Below are positions 21,186 through 30,399 of a stretch of DNA of 64,000 nucleotides, one piece after another. Position 1 is the first letter of the stretch. Every line of letters begins with the position of its first letter. The DNA comes from Myxococcota bacterium (lineage in GTDB: Bacteria; Myxococcota_A; Polyangia; Nannocystales; Nannocystaceae). Below the pieces are notes generated by a model that saw only the letters and a list, made by a program, of their open reading frames with translations, made no database searches and was not told where the DNA came from. The stretch lies in assembly GCA_039028615.1 (NCBI GenBank), contig JBCCHT010000011.1, forward strand, positions 199,916 to 263,915, written 5' to 3'. The position numbers were made by a program, and so were the translations under genes.

Positions 21186-21968
21186 TCAGCCGCGGCCGAC
21201 CAGGCGACGCAGGAACACCTCGACCGCGGCCGGATCGGCGAGGCCGTAGCGGGCGGCGGTGTCCCACTGCGGCTGCCCCACGAAGATTCCGACCCCGTGC
21301 TCGTGCACTTGGGCGAGCGCATCTTCGTCGGTGAGGTCGTCACCGATGAACAACGCGACGGGAGCGGTGCCTCCCGTGGTGGTGGCGAGGCGCTCGCTCA
21401 GCCAGCGCACGGCAGCGCCCTTGTGCCAATCGAGGGTGGGACGCAGCTCGAAGACCTTCTTGCCCGTGCCTTTGCGTAGGCTCGGGTGCTCCGCGATGAT
21501 CTCGTCGATGCCGGCCTCGATCTGCGCCGCTGCGGCCGGGTCGACGAGACGGACATGGATGGCGATCGACAGGCCCTTGTGCTCGACCACCACGCCTTCG
21601 ACCCCGGCCACGAGCGCATCGACCCGCTCCCGGAGCGACGCGAAGGTGGGCCGTAGGGTGGGATCGGGCTCGAAGCGGAAGTCCGGGCCCTCGATCTCCA
21701 AGCCGTGGTTGGTGGCATAGGCGAGCGTGGGGATGCCGACGAGCGCCCGTGCGTCGTCGAGGCCGCGGCCGGTCACGATCGCCACGAAGTGCTGCGCAGC
21801 CAGGTGCTGCACGGCCTCGCGCATGGACGGATCCATGATCGCGTCCTGGGGGCGAGCCTGGATCGGGGTCAGGGTCCCGTCGTAGTCGAGGAAGACCGCG
21901 ACGGGAGCCCCCTGCAGCCGTGCCTGCAGGGCGTCCCAGTGCTCGAGGGCGTCGGGGAGTACGGGCAT
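21186..21968 (-). CDS. otsB: Trehalose-6-phosphate phosphatase (HAD)
   Basis: FLDYDGTLTPI, GKKVFELRP, FIGDDLTDEDA. Confidence 0.95.
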   Translation of the reverse strand: MPVLPDALEHWDALQARLQGAPVAVFLDYDGTLTPIQARPQDAIMDPSMREAVQHLAAQHFVAIVTGRGLDDARALVGIPTLAYATNHGLEIEGPDFRFEPDPTLRPTFASLRERVDALVAGVEGVVVEHKGLSIAIHVRLVDPAAAAQIEAGIDEIIAEHPSLRKGTGKKVFELRPTLDWHKGAAVRWLSERLATTTGGTAPVALFIGDDLTDEDALAQVHEHGVGIFVGQPQWDTAARYGLADPAAVEVFLRRLVGRG

Positions 21969-21981
21969 CGCGGAGCCTACG

Positions 21982-23130
21982 CTAGTAGGGATAGCCGGGA
22001 ATCGCCACGTCGACGGAGTAGAGCGCCTCGCCGTTGTTGGGGTCGCCCGCGGTGATGAACAGGGTGCGCCCCTCGGAGCCGCCGAACGCAGAGTTCGTGA
22101 CGCTGGGCGCGACCATGATGACACCCAGCTCGGTCCCGCCCGGGTCGACCACGCGCAGCTGCCCCTGGTTGTGGATGCTGACGTACAGGTTGCCCGCGCA
22201 GTCGACCGCCATGCCGTCGACCGAGTTCAGCCCCAGCGCGCCCGCGAACTGAGTGCCCGCGCCCAGCGTGCCGTCGGCGGCCACGTCGTAGCGCATCACC
22301 CCCCCGGGCGTGCCCACGTACAGCAGCGACTCGTCGGGCGACAGCGAGATGCCATTGGGCATCGACTGGCTGCCGTCTTCGAGGTGGATGTTGCCCTCGG
22401 GGTCGATGCGGTAGATGCCGGTCTGCCCCTGCGGGTTGGGGTTGCTCGCCTGCCACGACGGATCGGTAAAGTAGATCGTGCCGTCCGAGCGCAAGGTGAG
22501 GTCGTTGGGCGAGTTGAGGCGCGTGCCCTCGTACTCGGCCACGATGGAGGTGCGGGTGCCGTCGAGCGCGAAGCGGGAGATGCCGCCGTCGTCGTGGGTG
22601 CCCGCGAGGATCATCCCGTCGGCGTCGACGGCCAGGCCGTTGCTGCCGCTCCCGGTGATGAACTCCTCGAGCGTGCCGCCTTCGGTGTAGCGAAGGATCG
22701 AGGATTGCGGCTCGGGGCCGGGGCCGAAGTGCGACAGGTACAGCGCGCCGTCGATCCACACCGGGCCCTCGACCAGGCCGCCCGGGTAGAGGTTGATCCC
22801 CGTGTTGGGCAGCTGCGTTGCGGTGACCTCGGGACCAATCAGCGGGGAGTCGGCGTAGGGCCCCCCGGGGCAGATCGCGGGCGGAGGCTCGCCGGTCTCG
22901 GAGGTGTCGTCCTCGCTGCCGTCGGTGGTGTCGCCCGGCGGCGTCGCGTCGCCGGTCTCGGTGGCGGTCGACTCGACCGAGCCCGGACCGCTCCCCGAGG
23001 AGTCGGACGGCGGGTTCAGGGTGGTGGTGGGCGTGCCACCGTCGGTGGCCATGCCTCCGTCGTCCCCGCAAGCGAGGGCGAGCAGCGAGGATGCGAGGCA
23101 GGTGAAGCGAAGCAGAGTAGAACGCGGCAT
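21982..23130 (-). CDS. SMP-30/gluconolactonase family lipoprotein
   Basis: EGPVW, RLNSPNDL, IYFTDP, PNGISLSPD, DGMAVD, TNSAFGG; lipobox LALAC. Confidence 0.93.
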   Translation of the reverse strand: MPRSTLLRFTCLASSLLALACGDDGGMATDGGTPTTTLNPPSDSSGSGPGSVESTATETGDATPPGDTTDGSEDDTSETGEPPPAICPGGPYADSPLIGPEVTATQLPNTGINLYPGGLVEGPVWIDGALYLSHFGPGPEPQSSILRYTEGGTLEEFITGSGSNGLAVDADGMILAGTHDDGGISRFALDGTRTSIVAEYEGTRLNSPNDLTLRSDGTIYFTDPSWQASNPNPQGQTGIYRIDPEGNIHLEDGSQSMPNGISLSPDESLLYVGTPGGVMRYDVAADGTLGAGTQFAGALGLNSVDGMAVDCAGNLYVSIHNQGQLRVVDPGGTELGVIMVAPSVTNSAFGGSEGRTLFITAGDPNNGEALYSVDVAIPGYPY

Positions 23131-23138
23131 CGGTCGGA

Positions 23139-24422
23139 TCACTCGGAGGGCTCGTCGTTCGCGAAGTCGGCGAGGTTGGGCATGCGGCCGCTCATCATCA
23201 TCAGGGACATCGCGGTCCACGAGCGCTGGTAATAGCGGCTACGCGTGGTCAGGTCGAGGCCGGCCACCCGCTCGGCGGCGCGGTCGATGAATTCTTGGTT
23301 CTCGGCGTCCGCCATCGCCCCCACGCCCGCGCAGCCGAGGAACACGGCGCTCTTGGTGGGCTCGTCGGAGCGCTCGTCCGGGCGCGGCGTGCCATCGAGC
23401 GCGTAGCCGTCGACGATGTCGTCCGCCCCGATCGACGTGTAAAAGGCGTTGATCTTGTCGAGATACGCCTTGGCGCGCGGCTCCTCGTTGTAGCACCAGT
23501 CCTGACCGATGCGGAACGGGATGCGGGCGGAGTCGTACTGCCAGTTGTCGTCGGGCAGCTGCGTCGGATCGTTGGGCGTGGGCGGTCGCGGCACGCCGTC
23601 GAAGTCGCACCACGCGGGCACGAGGCCGTTGTCGGTGTTGCCGTTGTCCTCGTTGAGCGAGTTTTCGATGATCTCGTAGCTGGTGTCGATGACCGCCTGC
23701 CAGCCCTCGACGTTGTCGGTCACCTCACCGAACACGCGATAGTACGAGGGAGCGAAGTACGAGGGGTTGGTCTGGGCGTAGCCGCCCCAGCCGTCGCCGG
23801 GCTTGAGCACCGACCAGCCATGGTCGACCTCCCACTGGAAGACCGTCTCGATCTGGCGACGGGCCAACACGCCGTAGGTCTCGTCCAGGCTGCCCTGCCC
23901 GCCCCACTTCTTCTCGGCCATGAGCAAGGCCCAGGCAATGTCTTCGTCGGAGTCGGTGGCCGCTCCGCAGGTCAGCTCGGGGTCGAGCCCGGGACACGCC
24001 TCGGTGCCCGTCGGGTCGATGTACCACATCATCAACCCGTGGTTGTCGAGCCACAGCTGCGAGTACTGCCACAGGTCATCGAAGAGCGGCTGGTCGTCCA
24101 TGATGACCGCCATCATCATCCCGTAGGCCACCCCCTCCGAGACGGTGGAGTTGGGCAGACCATCGGGCGTGTCGGGGCGACGCGTGCGGCGGAAGCCCCC
24201 CGCGCCCTCCTCGGTGACGATGTCCTCCAGCCAGATCGCGTAGGCATCCTCGACCTGTTGATCGGTGATGTTGGTGGCGAGCGTGCAGGGACCGAGCTGC
24301 TCGATCTCTTCGGCGGGCTCGAGGTCGGTGGAATCCCCGGGCGCACAGCCCAGCGCAGCGAGCAGCGACGTGGAGCCGAGAGTTGCGAGCAAGGCGGAGG
24401 GGCGAGAGATCGTGACGAACAT
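23139..24422 (-). CDS. GH8 family glycoside hydrolase (endoglucanase/lichenase-like) lipoprotein
   Basis: TVSEGVAYGMM, AATDSDEDIAWALL, TNPSYFAPSYY, YDSARIPFRIG. Confidence 0.93.
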   Translation of the reverse strand: MFVTISRPSALLATLGSTSLLAALGCAPGDSTDLEPAEEIEQLGPCTLATNITDQQVEDAYAIWLEDIVTEEGAGGFRRTRRPDTPDGLPNSTVSEGVAYGMMMAVIMDDQPLFDDLWQYSQLWLDNHGLMMWYIDPTGTEACPGLDPELTCGAATDSDEDIAWALLMAEKKWGGQGSLDETYGVLARRQIETVFQWEVDHGWSVLKPGDGWGGYAQTNPSYFAPSYYRVFGEVTDNVEGWQAVIDTSYEIIENSLNEDNGNTDNGLVPAWCDFDGVPRPPTPNDPTQLPDDNWQYDSARIPFRIGQDWCYNEEPRAKAYLDKINAFYTSIGADDIVDGYALDGTPRPDERSDEPTKSAVFLGCAGVGAMADAENQEFIDRAAERVAGLDLTTRSRYYQRSWTAMSLMMMSGRMPNLADFANDEPSE

Positions 24423-24551
24423 GCGAGAGGCTCCGAGGCGGGAGTCGTGCAAGGGGCGGGCCGCGAGGACCCAGCCGGAATCGTTGCACGTCACCCCGGT
24501 GCCGCGTCAGGTGAACGGTTTGTGCCGTAGCGATCGATCCACGGGGAACGG

Positions 24552-25583
24552 TTACTTCCCCGACTTTCGCTCCAGCACCAGCAGCACCGCCGCCATCAGC
24601 TCGAGATGCCCGTGGAAGCGCGCCATCCGAAAGTACCCGTGGTTGGCCGCGGCCAGGTCCCACAGCGCCCAACCGGCGATCCCCACCGCCAGCGCCGTCG
24701 CCACGGCCAGCCCCACGTCACCGAAATCTCGCCGCAGCCCCTGCACGCTCGCGCGGAAGGTGACCGGCGTCGCTCGCTCCCGATCTTCGTCGGGGATCGA
24801 GTGCACCCAGATCACGTAGTGCACCGATTGCGAGAAACAAAACAGCAGCACCAAGCGCAGGCCCAGCTCGGGACCCGCTCCGCCCGCCAGTCGCCACAGC
24901 TGAAAGGACTGACCCACCCCGGCCGGGCCTCCGTCGATCTGCGCCAGCGCGAGCGACAGCGGGCTGAGCAGGAACGCGGTGACCACCACCATGAGCACCA
25001 GCGGCACCCAGTGTCGTCGGCCCGATCGCGGGCGCCACCACCACCACAGCGCGATGGCGAAGAAGTTGTGGGCATGGCCGAAGACCACCTCGCCCGTGCT
25101 GCCGAGCGCGGCGAAGCCCAGCCCCAGTACGGCCAGCGCGGCCGCGGCCGCGACCTTGTGAGCCCATGGCGCGCGCGCGAGCAAAGCCACCGCACAGCCC
25201 CCGACGAAGCCGACGACCAGGTCTCCCCCGAATGCCAACCACGCCAGCGGGATGCCCCCCGCCAGCCACAGCCCGGTCCGCTCCGCGAACCCGGTGCGGA
25301 TCACCAGGTACCGCAGGTCGGAGACGAGATGCGGCGTACCCCACAGCACCGGGCCGAGCGCCAGCAGCCACAGCGGGATCCACAGCGTGCCGACGAGCGT
25401 GGTGATCGTGACCACCGACAGCAACACCGACACCCGAAGCTCGCGGTCGCGGACCAGGGCTCGACCCGGGCGCCCCAGCAAACGGAACCACTCCCGACGG
25501 ACACGGTCGGCGGCTCCGATCGCGGCATGGAGCGGCTGCACGAGCGCGCCCCAGGTGTCCGTGCGGGTGGCCGAGCCGCTCAC
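24552..25583 (-). CDS. Polytopic membrane protein with spaced His motifs
   Basis: Multiple hydrophobic segments; GTPH, HAHN, QSVHY, FHGHLE. Confidence 0.7.
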   Translation of the reverse strand: MSGSATRTDTWGALVQPLHAAIGAADRVRREWFRLLGRPGRALVRDRELRVSVLLSVVTITTLVGTLWIPLWLLALGPVLWGTPHLVSDLRYLVIRTGFAERTGLWLAGGIPLAWLAFGGDLVVGFVGGCAVALLARAPWAHKVAAAAALAVLGLGFAALGSTGEVVFGHAHNFFAIALWWWWRPRSGRRHWVPLVLMVVVTAFLLSPLSLALAQIDGGPAGVGQSFQLWRLAGGAGPELGLRLVLLFCFSQSVHYVIWVHSIPDEDRERATPVTFRASVQGLRRDFGDVGLAVATALAVGIAGWALWDLAAANHGYFRMARFHGHLELMAAVLLVLERKSGK

Positions 25584-25981
25584 GTCACCACACGAGGCTC
25601 ATCGCTCATCCGCATGTCGACGCGCGCCCGAACGGGCGAGGACACCCTCACCATGCGCGAGACGTTCCCCGAGCCCGCCAGCGCCTGGACCGTGTAGTTG
25701 CCCTCGGGCAGGTCCTTGAAGCTATAGGCCCCTTGCGCGTTGGTGGTCGTCTCGAGGCTGCCCTCGAGGCACTCGCACTGCAGCACGACCAAAGCCCCTT
25801 CGATCGGGGTCTCGAGATCGGCGTTGGAGATGAGTCCGGCGATGTTGCTGGTCGTGGTGCCCTCGGGCATCGGCTCGTACGTGGGCGCAGAGGGCCCCGA
25901 CGAACTGCTGCCGATCACCCCGGCCGCGCATGCTGCACATAGCGCCCCGGCAACGATGGAAACTACGCTACGTCTTTGCAC
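25580..25981 (-). CDS. Secreted stand-alone carboxypeptidase-regulatory-like domain protein
   Basis: ALVVLQCECLEGSLETTTNAQGAYSFKDLPEGNYTVQ; aligns by eye with the N-terminal domain of the Oar-like receptor. Confidence 0.8.
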   Translation of the reverse strand: MQRRSVVSIVAGALCAACAAGVIGSSSSGPSAPTYEPMPEGTTTSNIAGLISNADLETPIEGALVVLQCECLEGSLETTTNAQGAYSFKDLPEGNYTVQALAGSGNVSRMVRVSSPVRARVDMRMSDEPRVVT

Positions 25982-26137
25982 GCTTCAGGATGGGGATTGG
26001 CGCCGCGCTTTGGCAAGCGCCGAGGGGCCGTCTGTGGCGTCGTCGGGGTCACTCGCGGCGGCCCGGGTCGAACGCTCCCTCGGACCGCGTTCGTGAACTC
26101 CTATCCCTGCGATGGGGCATGCGCTACACCGCCCTTC

Positions 26138-26671
26138 GTGCGCCCCGTGTCCGTCTTCGTCGTCCTCGGGCTCGTGACGAGCCTGGCCTGCACCACGGCC
26201 CAGGAGTCCCCCGCGCCCACGAAATCGGCCGCGCCCGCCAAGCCGGCGGCCCCCGAGGCACCTGCGGCTCAACCCGTGCCGGCGAACGAGCCCGCGGCTA
26301 CCCCACCGGTCACGCCGATCCAGATCACCCCCGGCTTCGTCGACGAGGCCACGTATCGCCGCGTGATGGGGGCCGTGATGGACAGCCTCGAGACCGACCT
26401 CCAGGCGTGGGCCCAGCGCGATTTTTCCACCAAGGAGGAAGGCGGGGACGCGCTCGCGGCCCTGCTGGCCCCGACTCCGGGCATGCAGCAGCGCTTGTTC
26501 GACGTGGTCGAGCAGCAAAAGGTCGACTGGACCGGCTTCGGCAAGTACCTGCAGGACAACCCCGAGGTGGTCGCGAGCATGAAAACGGAGATCGACGAGC
26601 GGATCGCCGCCATGCAGAAGACACCGGAACACCTCGCTCAGCTCGAGCGGCTCGAGGCTCTGGGTCGATGA
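26138..26671 (+). CDS. Hypothetical lipoprotein
   Basis: GTG start, lipobox TSLAC, Pro/Ala linker, helical C-terminal domain. Confidence 0.7.
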   Translation: MRPVSVFVVLGLVTSLACTTAQESPAPTKSAAPAKPAAPEAPAAQPVPANEPAATPPVTPIQITPGFVDEATYRRVMGAVMDSLETDLQAWAQRDFSTKEEGGDALAALLAPTPGMQQRLFDVVEQQKVDWTGFGKYLQDNPEVVASMKTEIDERIAAMQKTPEHLAQLERLEALGR

Positions 26672-26703
26672 GCGGCCGCGGGAGCTGATAGCCTCGTGCT
26701 CGC

Positions 26704-28611
26704 ATGGACCTCTACAGCGCCTCGCGTCGCCTGAGCCGTCCTTTCGTCTTTGCCGAGCCGACCGCGGGCTCGTCACTCCCTCTCGATGCGCGAGGCCTGA
26801 TCGGCGACGGGCACACGGCCGCCCTCGTGCGCGCCGACGGAGCCATCGACTGGGCCTGCTTCCCGCGCTTCGACAGCCCCTCGGTCTTCGGCGCCATCCT
26901 CGACGACGAGGCGGGCGGCCTGGCGGCCATCACCCCCGTCTCGCCCTTCGAGAGCCTGCAGCGCTACGACCCCGACACCAACGTCCTCGAGACGCTGTTT
27001 CGGGTCGAGGGCCAGGGCGTCGTGCGGCTGCTCGACTACATGCCCTGGAGCGACGACCCCAAGGCGGGCCTGCACGAGCTGCATCGACGGGTCGAGGTAC
27101 GCGAGGGCGAAGTGGAGCTCCGGGTGATCTTCGATCCCCGCTTCGACTACAGCCGCGGCACCACCACCGTCGAGCGACGCGAACACGGCGTCCTCGCGCT
27201 GGGCTCGGGCGGCGAGCGCATGGTCGCGGTGATCGGCGGCGAGGCGGACTGGAAGGCACGCGAGCGGGGCGGCATGGAAGCTCGCCTCCGGCTCAAGCCC
27301 GGCGATCGTCGCTGGATGGTGATGCGCTGGGACGCCGAGTCGCCGTGGCCGATCCAGGCCTATCGACCCTGGGACTACCTTCGCATCACCCGGCAGAGCT
27401 GGCGGGCGTGGGCCCAAGGCCTGCGCTACGAGGGTCCCTGGCGCCACCACGTCATGCGCTCCGCCCTGGCGCTGAAGCTGCTCGTCTACGGACCCACGGG
27501 TGCCATGGTGGCCGCGCCCACGACCTCCTTGCCCGAGTGGCACGGCGGCCAGCGCAACTGGGACTACCGCTTCATCTGGACCCGCGATGCGGCGATGTCG
27601 ATCCGCGCCCAGAACCTGCTCGGCTACTCCAACGAGGCCCGCGAGTTCTTCCACTTCATGCGCGGCGCCCTCGAGGCGGACGACACGCTGCGGGTGATGT
27701 ACGCGGTCGATGGTCGCCCCGTGCCCGAAGAGCAGGTGCTGTCGAACCTCCGGGGTTTTTGGGGCTCGGGACCGGTGCGCATCGGCAACGGGGCTCGCGA
27801 TCAGCTCCAGCTCGATACCGCGGGAGCGCTCGTCGACGCGGCCTACCTGCACGAGCGCTTCGGCGGCGTACTCTCGCTGCGTACCTGGTCACGCATCCGC
27901 GAAGTCGTGGAGAAGCTGCGCGGCAACTGGAACGAGCCCGACGATGGCATCTGGGAGCCCCGCGGCGCGCGGCAGCACAACCTGCACTCCAAGGTGATGA
28001 GCTGGCTCGCCTTCGATCGGGCGGCTCGCATCGCCCCGCGCTTCGGCGACCACGATGCGGCCCGCCGCTGGAGCGAGGCCGCCGCGGCGGTCAAGGGCGA
28101 CGTGCTCGCCAACGGCCTCGATCCCAAGGGGAAACACTTCTGCGCCGCGTACGGGGCCAATCATGTCGACGGCGCGCTGTTGGTGATGCCGCTGCACCAG
28201 TTCCTGCCCTCCGACGATCCCCGCATGATCGCCACCGTGCAGCGCATTCGCGACGAGCTGGGCACGGGGGCCTACGTGCACCGCTACCACGTCGACGACG
28301 GCGTAGGCGGGGCCGAGGGCTCGTTCGTGCTGTGCGGGTTCTGGCTGGCGGAAGCGCTCGCGCTGCAGGGCAAGATCGACGAGGCCATCGACGTCTTCAG
28401 TGCCCACGCCGAGGTCTCCAACCACCTCGGCCTGCTCGCCGAGGAAGTCGAGCCGACGAGCCGGGAACAGCTCGGCAACTTCCCGCAGGCGTTCAGCCAC
28501 CTCGGGCTCATCAACGCGGCGGCCCGAATCGACCTGGCGCTACGGATGCGCGACGAAGGCCTCGATGGCATGCCGCACGTGACCGACCGCCTCGAGACGC
28601 CGCGCGGCTGA
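26704..28611 (+). CDS. GH15 family glycoside hydrolase (trehalase/glucoamylase-like)
   Basis: LIGDGHTAALV, AAPTTSLPE..GG.RNWDYRFIWTRDA, QLQLD, GIWEPR, GNFPQAFSHLGLI. Confidence 0.95.
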   Translation: MDLYSASRRLSRPFVFAEPTAGSSLPLDARGLIGDGHTAALVRADGAIDWACFPRFDSPSVFGAILDDEAGGLAAITPVSPFESLQRYDPDTNVLETLFRVEGQGVVRLLDYMPWSDDPKAGLHELHRRVEVREGEVELRVIFDPRFDYSRGTTTVERREHGVLALGSGGERMVAVIGGEADWKARERGGMEARLRLKPGDRRWMVMRWDAESPWPIQAYRPWDYLRITRQSWRAWAQGLRYEGPWRHHVMRSALALKLLVYGPTGAMVAAPTTSLPEWHGGQRNWDYRFIWTRDAAMSIRAQNLLGYSNEAREFFHFMRGALEADDTLRVMYAVDGRPVPEEQVLSNLRGFWGSGPVRIGNGARDQLQLDTAGALVDAAYLHERFGGVLSLRTWSRIREVVEKLRGNWNEPDDGIWEPRGARQHNLHSKVMSWLAFDRAARIAPRFGDHDAARRWSEAAAAVKGDVLANGLDPKGKHFCAAYGANHVDGALLVMPLHQFLPSDDPRMIATVQRIRDELGTGAYVHRYHVDDGVGGAEGSFVLCGFWLAEALALQGKIDEAIDVFSAHAEVSNHLGLLAEEVEPTSREQLGNFPQAFSHLGLINAAARIDLALRMRDEGLDGMPHVTDRLETPRG

Positions 28612-28669
28612 GCGCTCTCGGGGAGGGAAGCCTCGGCGCGGGGTTCGGGCTCGGTGGTATCGTGCGGTC

Positions 28670-30256
28670 GTGATCACCCGCCTGCCGTCCCGCGTCGCGC
28701 TCAGTCTCCTCCTGGCCACCGCCTACGGCTGCGACAAGAAGGACGAGAAGGACCCGTCGTCGGCGGCAGGCGAAGAGGCTTCGTCGAGCGAGTCGTCGTC
28801 CGGCAAGAAGTCCGGTCGCAAGGGCAAGCGCATGCCCTCCATCGAGATCTCCGAGCTCGTGCCCGCCGAGGCGGCCGGGGTCTTGGTGGTGCGCACCCCC
28901 GAGTCGATGTTCGCCGCCATCGCCAGCTTCGACATGCTGGGCGAAGCCGACACCGACGACATCGAGACCCTCCGCAAGGAGCTCGATGACTTCCTCGAGG
29001 CGCAGATCGGCCTGAAGCTCACCGACGTCGATGCCCTGACCGGGTTCTTCATCCCGGACAAGGGCGCGGCCGGAATCCTGGCGGGCACGAAGGGCAAGCC
29101 CAAAGGCAAGGCGGTGGGAGAACACGAGGGCGTCACGCTCATCGGCCTCGACGGCGACGATTTCGTCGCCGCAGCCCACGACGACGGCCTGCTGGTGGGG
29201 CAGCGCGAGGCGGTCGAGGCCGCGCTGTCGGCCGCGGAGGGCAAGGGCGAGACGCTCGAGAGCAAGGGCGGACCGCTCGTCGACCTCATCACCAAAGACT
29301 CGCGCGGCGTGAGCCTGGCCGTGGCCGTGGCCGTGTCCCGCATGCCCTCGGAACTCCGTCGCGAGGCCGAGCCCTTCGGGGTCGAGCACGCCAGCTTCCG
29401 CTACGGCGGCGACGGGATCGAGGTCGTGGCCACCGGCTCCGAGTCGTCCATGAAGACCCTCGCCACCCAGATCGAGGGCGGCATGGCCATGCTCACCAGC
29501 ATGGCGCAGTCGGAGAAGGACCGGGCCATGAAGCGCGAAGACACGCTCGAAGGGGTGGGCGCGATCGTGGCCGAGCACTCCGCTCGACGCCTGAGCAAGA
29601 TGCTGAAGCCCGAGGTCTCCGACGGCCAGCTGCGCATGGAGGTCCCCGTGCGGCTCCAAGACCCCGCCCTGCTGACCGCGTTCGCGGGCGTCGGGGCGGC
29701 CATCGCCATCCCGGCCATGGTCAAGTACACGCGGCGCGCCAAGACCTCGGAGGCCCGCGTTCAGATCGCCAAGATGTTCGACGCCGCCTCGGCCTACTTC
29801 AACGAGGAGCACGTCGATCGGGGCGCGACCGTGTTCCTCGGCGGGGGTGGCATGCCCGTCGACTCGGCCCCGCACAAGTGCCCGAACAACGGCTCCCTCA
29901 GCGGTTCAGCCGGGACCACTCCGCCGATCTCGGTCGACTGCAGCCAGGGCCCGGACGGTCGCTGCGTGCCCGTTGCCGGTCGCCCCAGCGAGCCCTGGGA
30001 GTACGACATCTCCTTGTGGACCGACAACGAAGTGTGGAACGGCCTCAACTTCATGCAGGAGATGGGGCACTCGTTCCACTACAACTTCGTCTACACGAAC
30101 ACCGACAGCGGGTACGGCAGCTGCCAGTTCACCGCGCAGGCCTTCGGCGATCTCGATGGCGACGGCGTGTTCTCGACCTACGAGCGCTCGGGCGCAGCCG
30201 ACGAGCACGGCGTGAACGCGGCCGCGGGCCTGTACATCGACAAAGAGGTCGAATAG
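28670..30256 (+). CDS. Lipoprotein with C-terminal type IV pilin-like domain
   Basis: Lipobox TAYGC; from ~29670 AAIAIPAMVKYTRRAKTSEARVQI (pilin alpha-1) and FTAQAFGDLDGDG (deltaproteobacterial PilA-like C-terminus). Confidence 0.8.
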   Translation: MITRLPSRVALSLLLATAYGCDKKDEKDPSSAAGEEASSSESSSGKKSGRKGKRMPSIEISELVPAEAAGVLVVRTPESMFAAIASFDMLGEADTDDIETLRKELDDFLEAQIGLKLTDVDALTGFFIPDKGAAGILAGTKGKPKGKAVGEHEGVTLIGLDGDDFVAAAHDDGLLVGQREAVEAALSAAEGKGETLESKGGPLVDLITKDSRGVSLAVAVAVSRMPSELRREAEPFGVEHASFRYGGDGIEVVATGSESSMKTLATQIEGGMAMLTSMAQSEKDRAMKREDTLEGVGAIVAEHSARRLSKMLKPEVSDGQLRMEVPVRLQDPALLTAFAGVGAAIAIPAMVKYTRRAKTSEARVQIAKMFDAASAYFNEEHVDRGATVFLGGGGMPVDSAPHKCPNNGSLSGSAGTTPPISVDCSQGPDGRCVPVAGRPSEPWEYDISLWTDNEVWNGLNFMQEMGHSFHYNFVYTNTDSGYGSCQFTAQAFGDLDGDGVFSTYERSGAADEHGVNAAAGLYIDKEVE

Positions 30257-30260
30257 CCGC

Positions 30261-30290
30261 GCCCGCGGGGGGGCGGGCCCCGCTTTATTC
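30261..30290 (+). terminator. Probable intrinsic terminator
   Basis: GCGGGG...CCCCGC stem followed by TTTATT. Confidence 0.5.
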
Positions 30291-30371
30291 AAAGATGTTA
30301 CGAAATATTGCTTCGCGACAAAGAGTGTCGTTCAGGTTCGCAAAATCGCCTAAGTACCTGAAAATACAAAG

Positions 30372-30387
30372 TGGTCATCGCGTTGCA
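30372..30387 (+). promoter_or_regulatory. Putative sigma-54 promoter (TGGTCATCGCGTTGCA)
   Basis: GG-N10-GC spacing with TTGCA -12 box; AT-rich upstream region; 12 nt before ATG 30400. Confidence 0.6.
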
Positions 30388-30399
30388 AGCCACTAGGGC

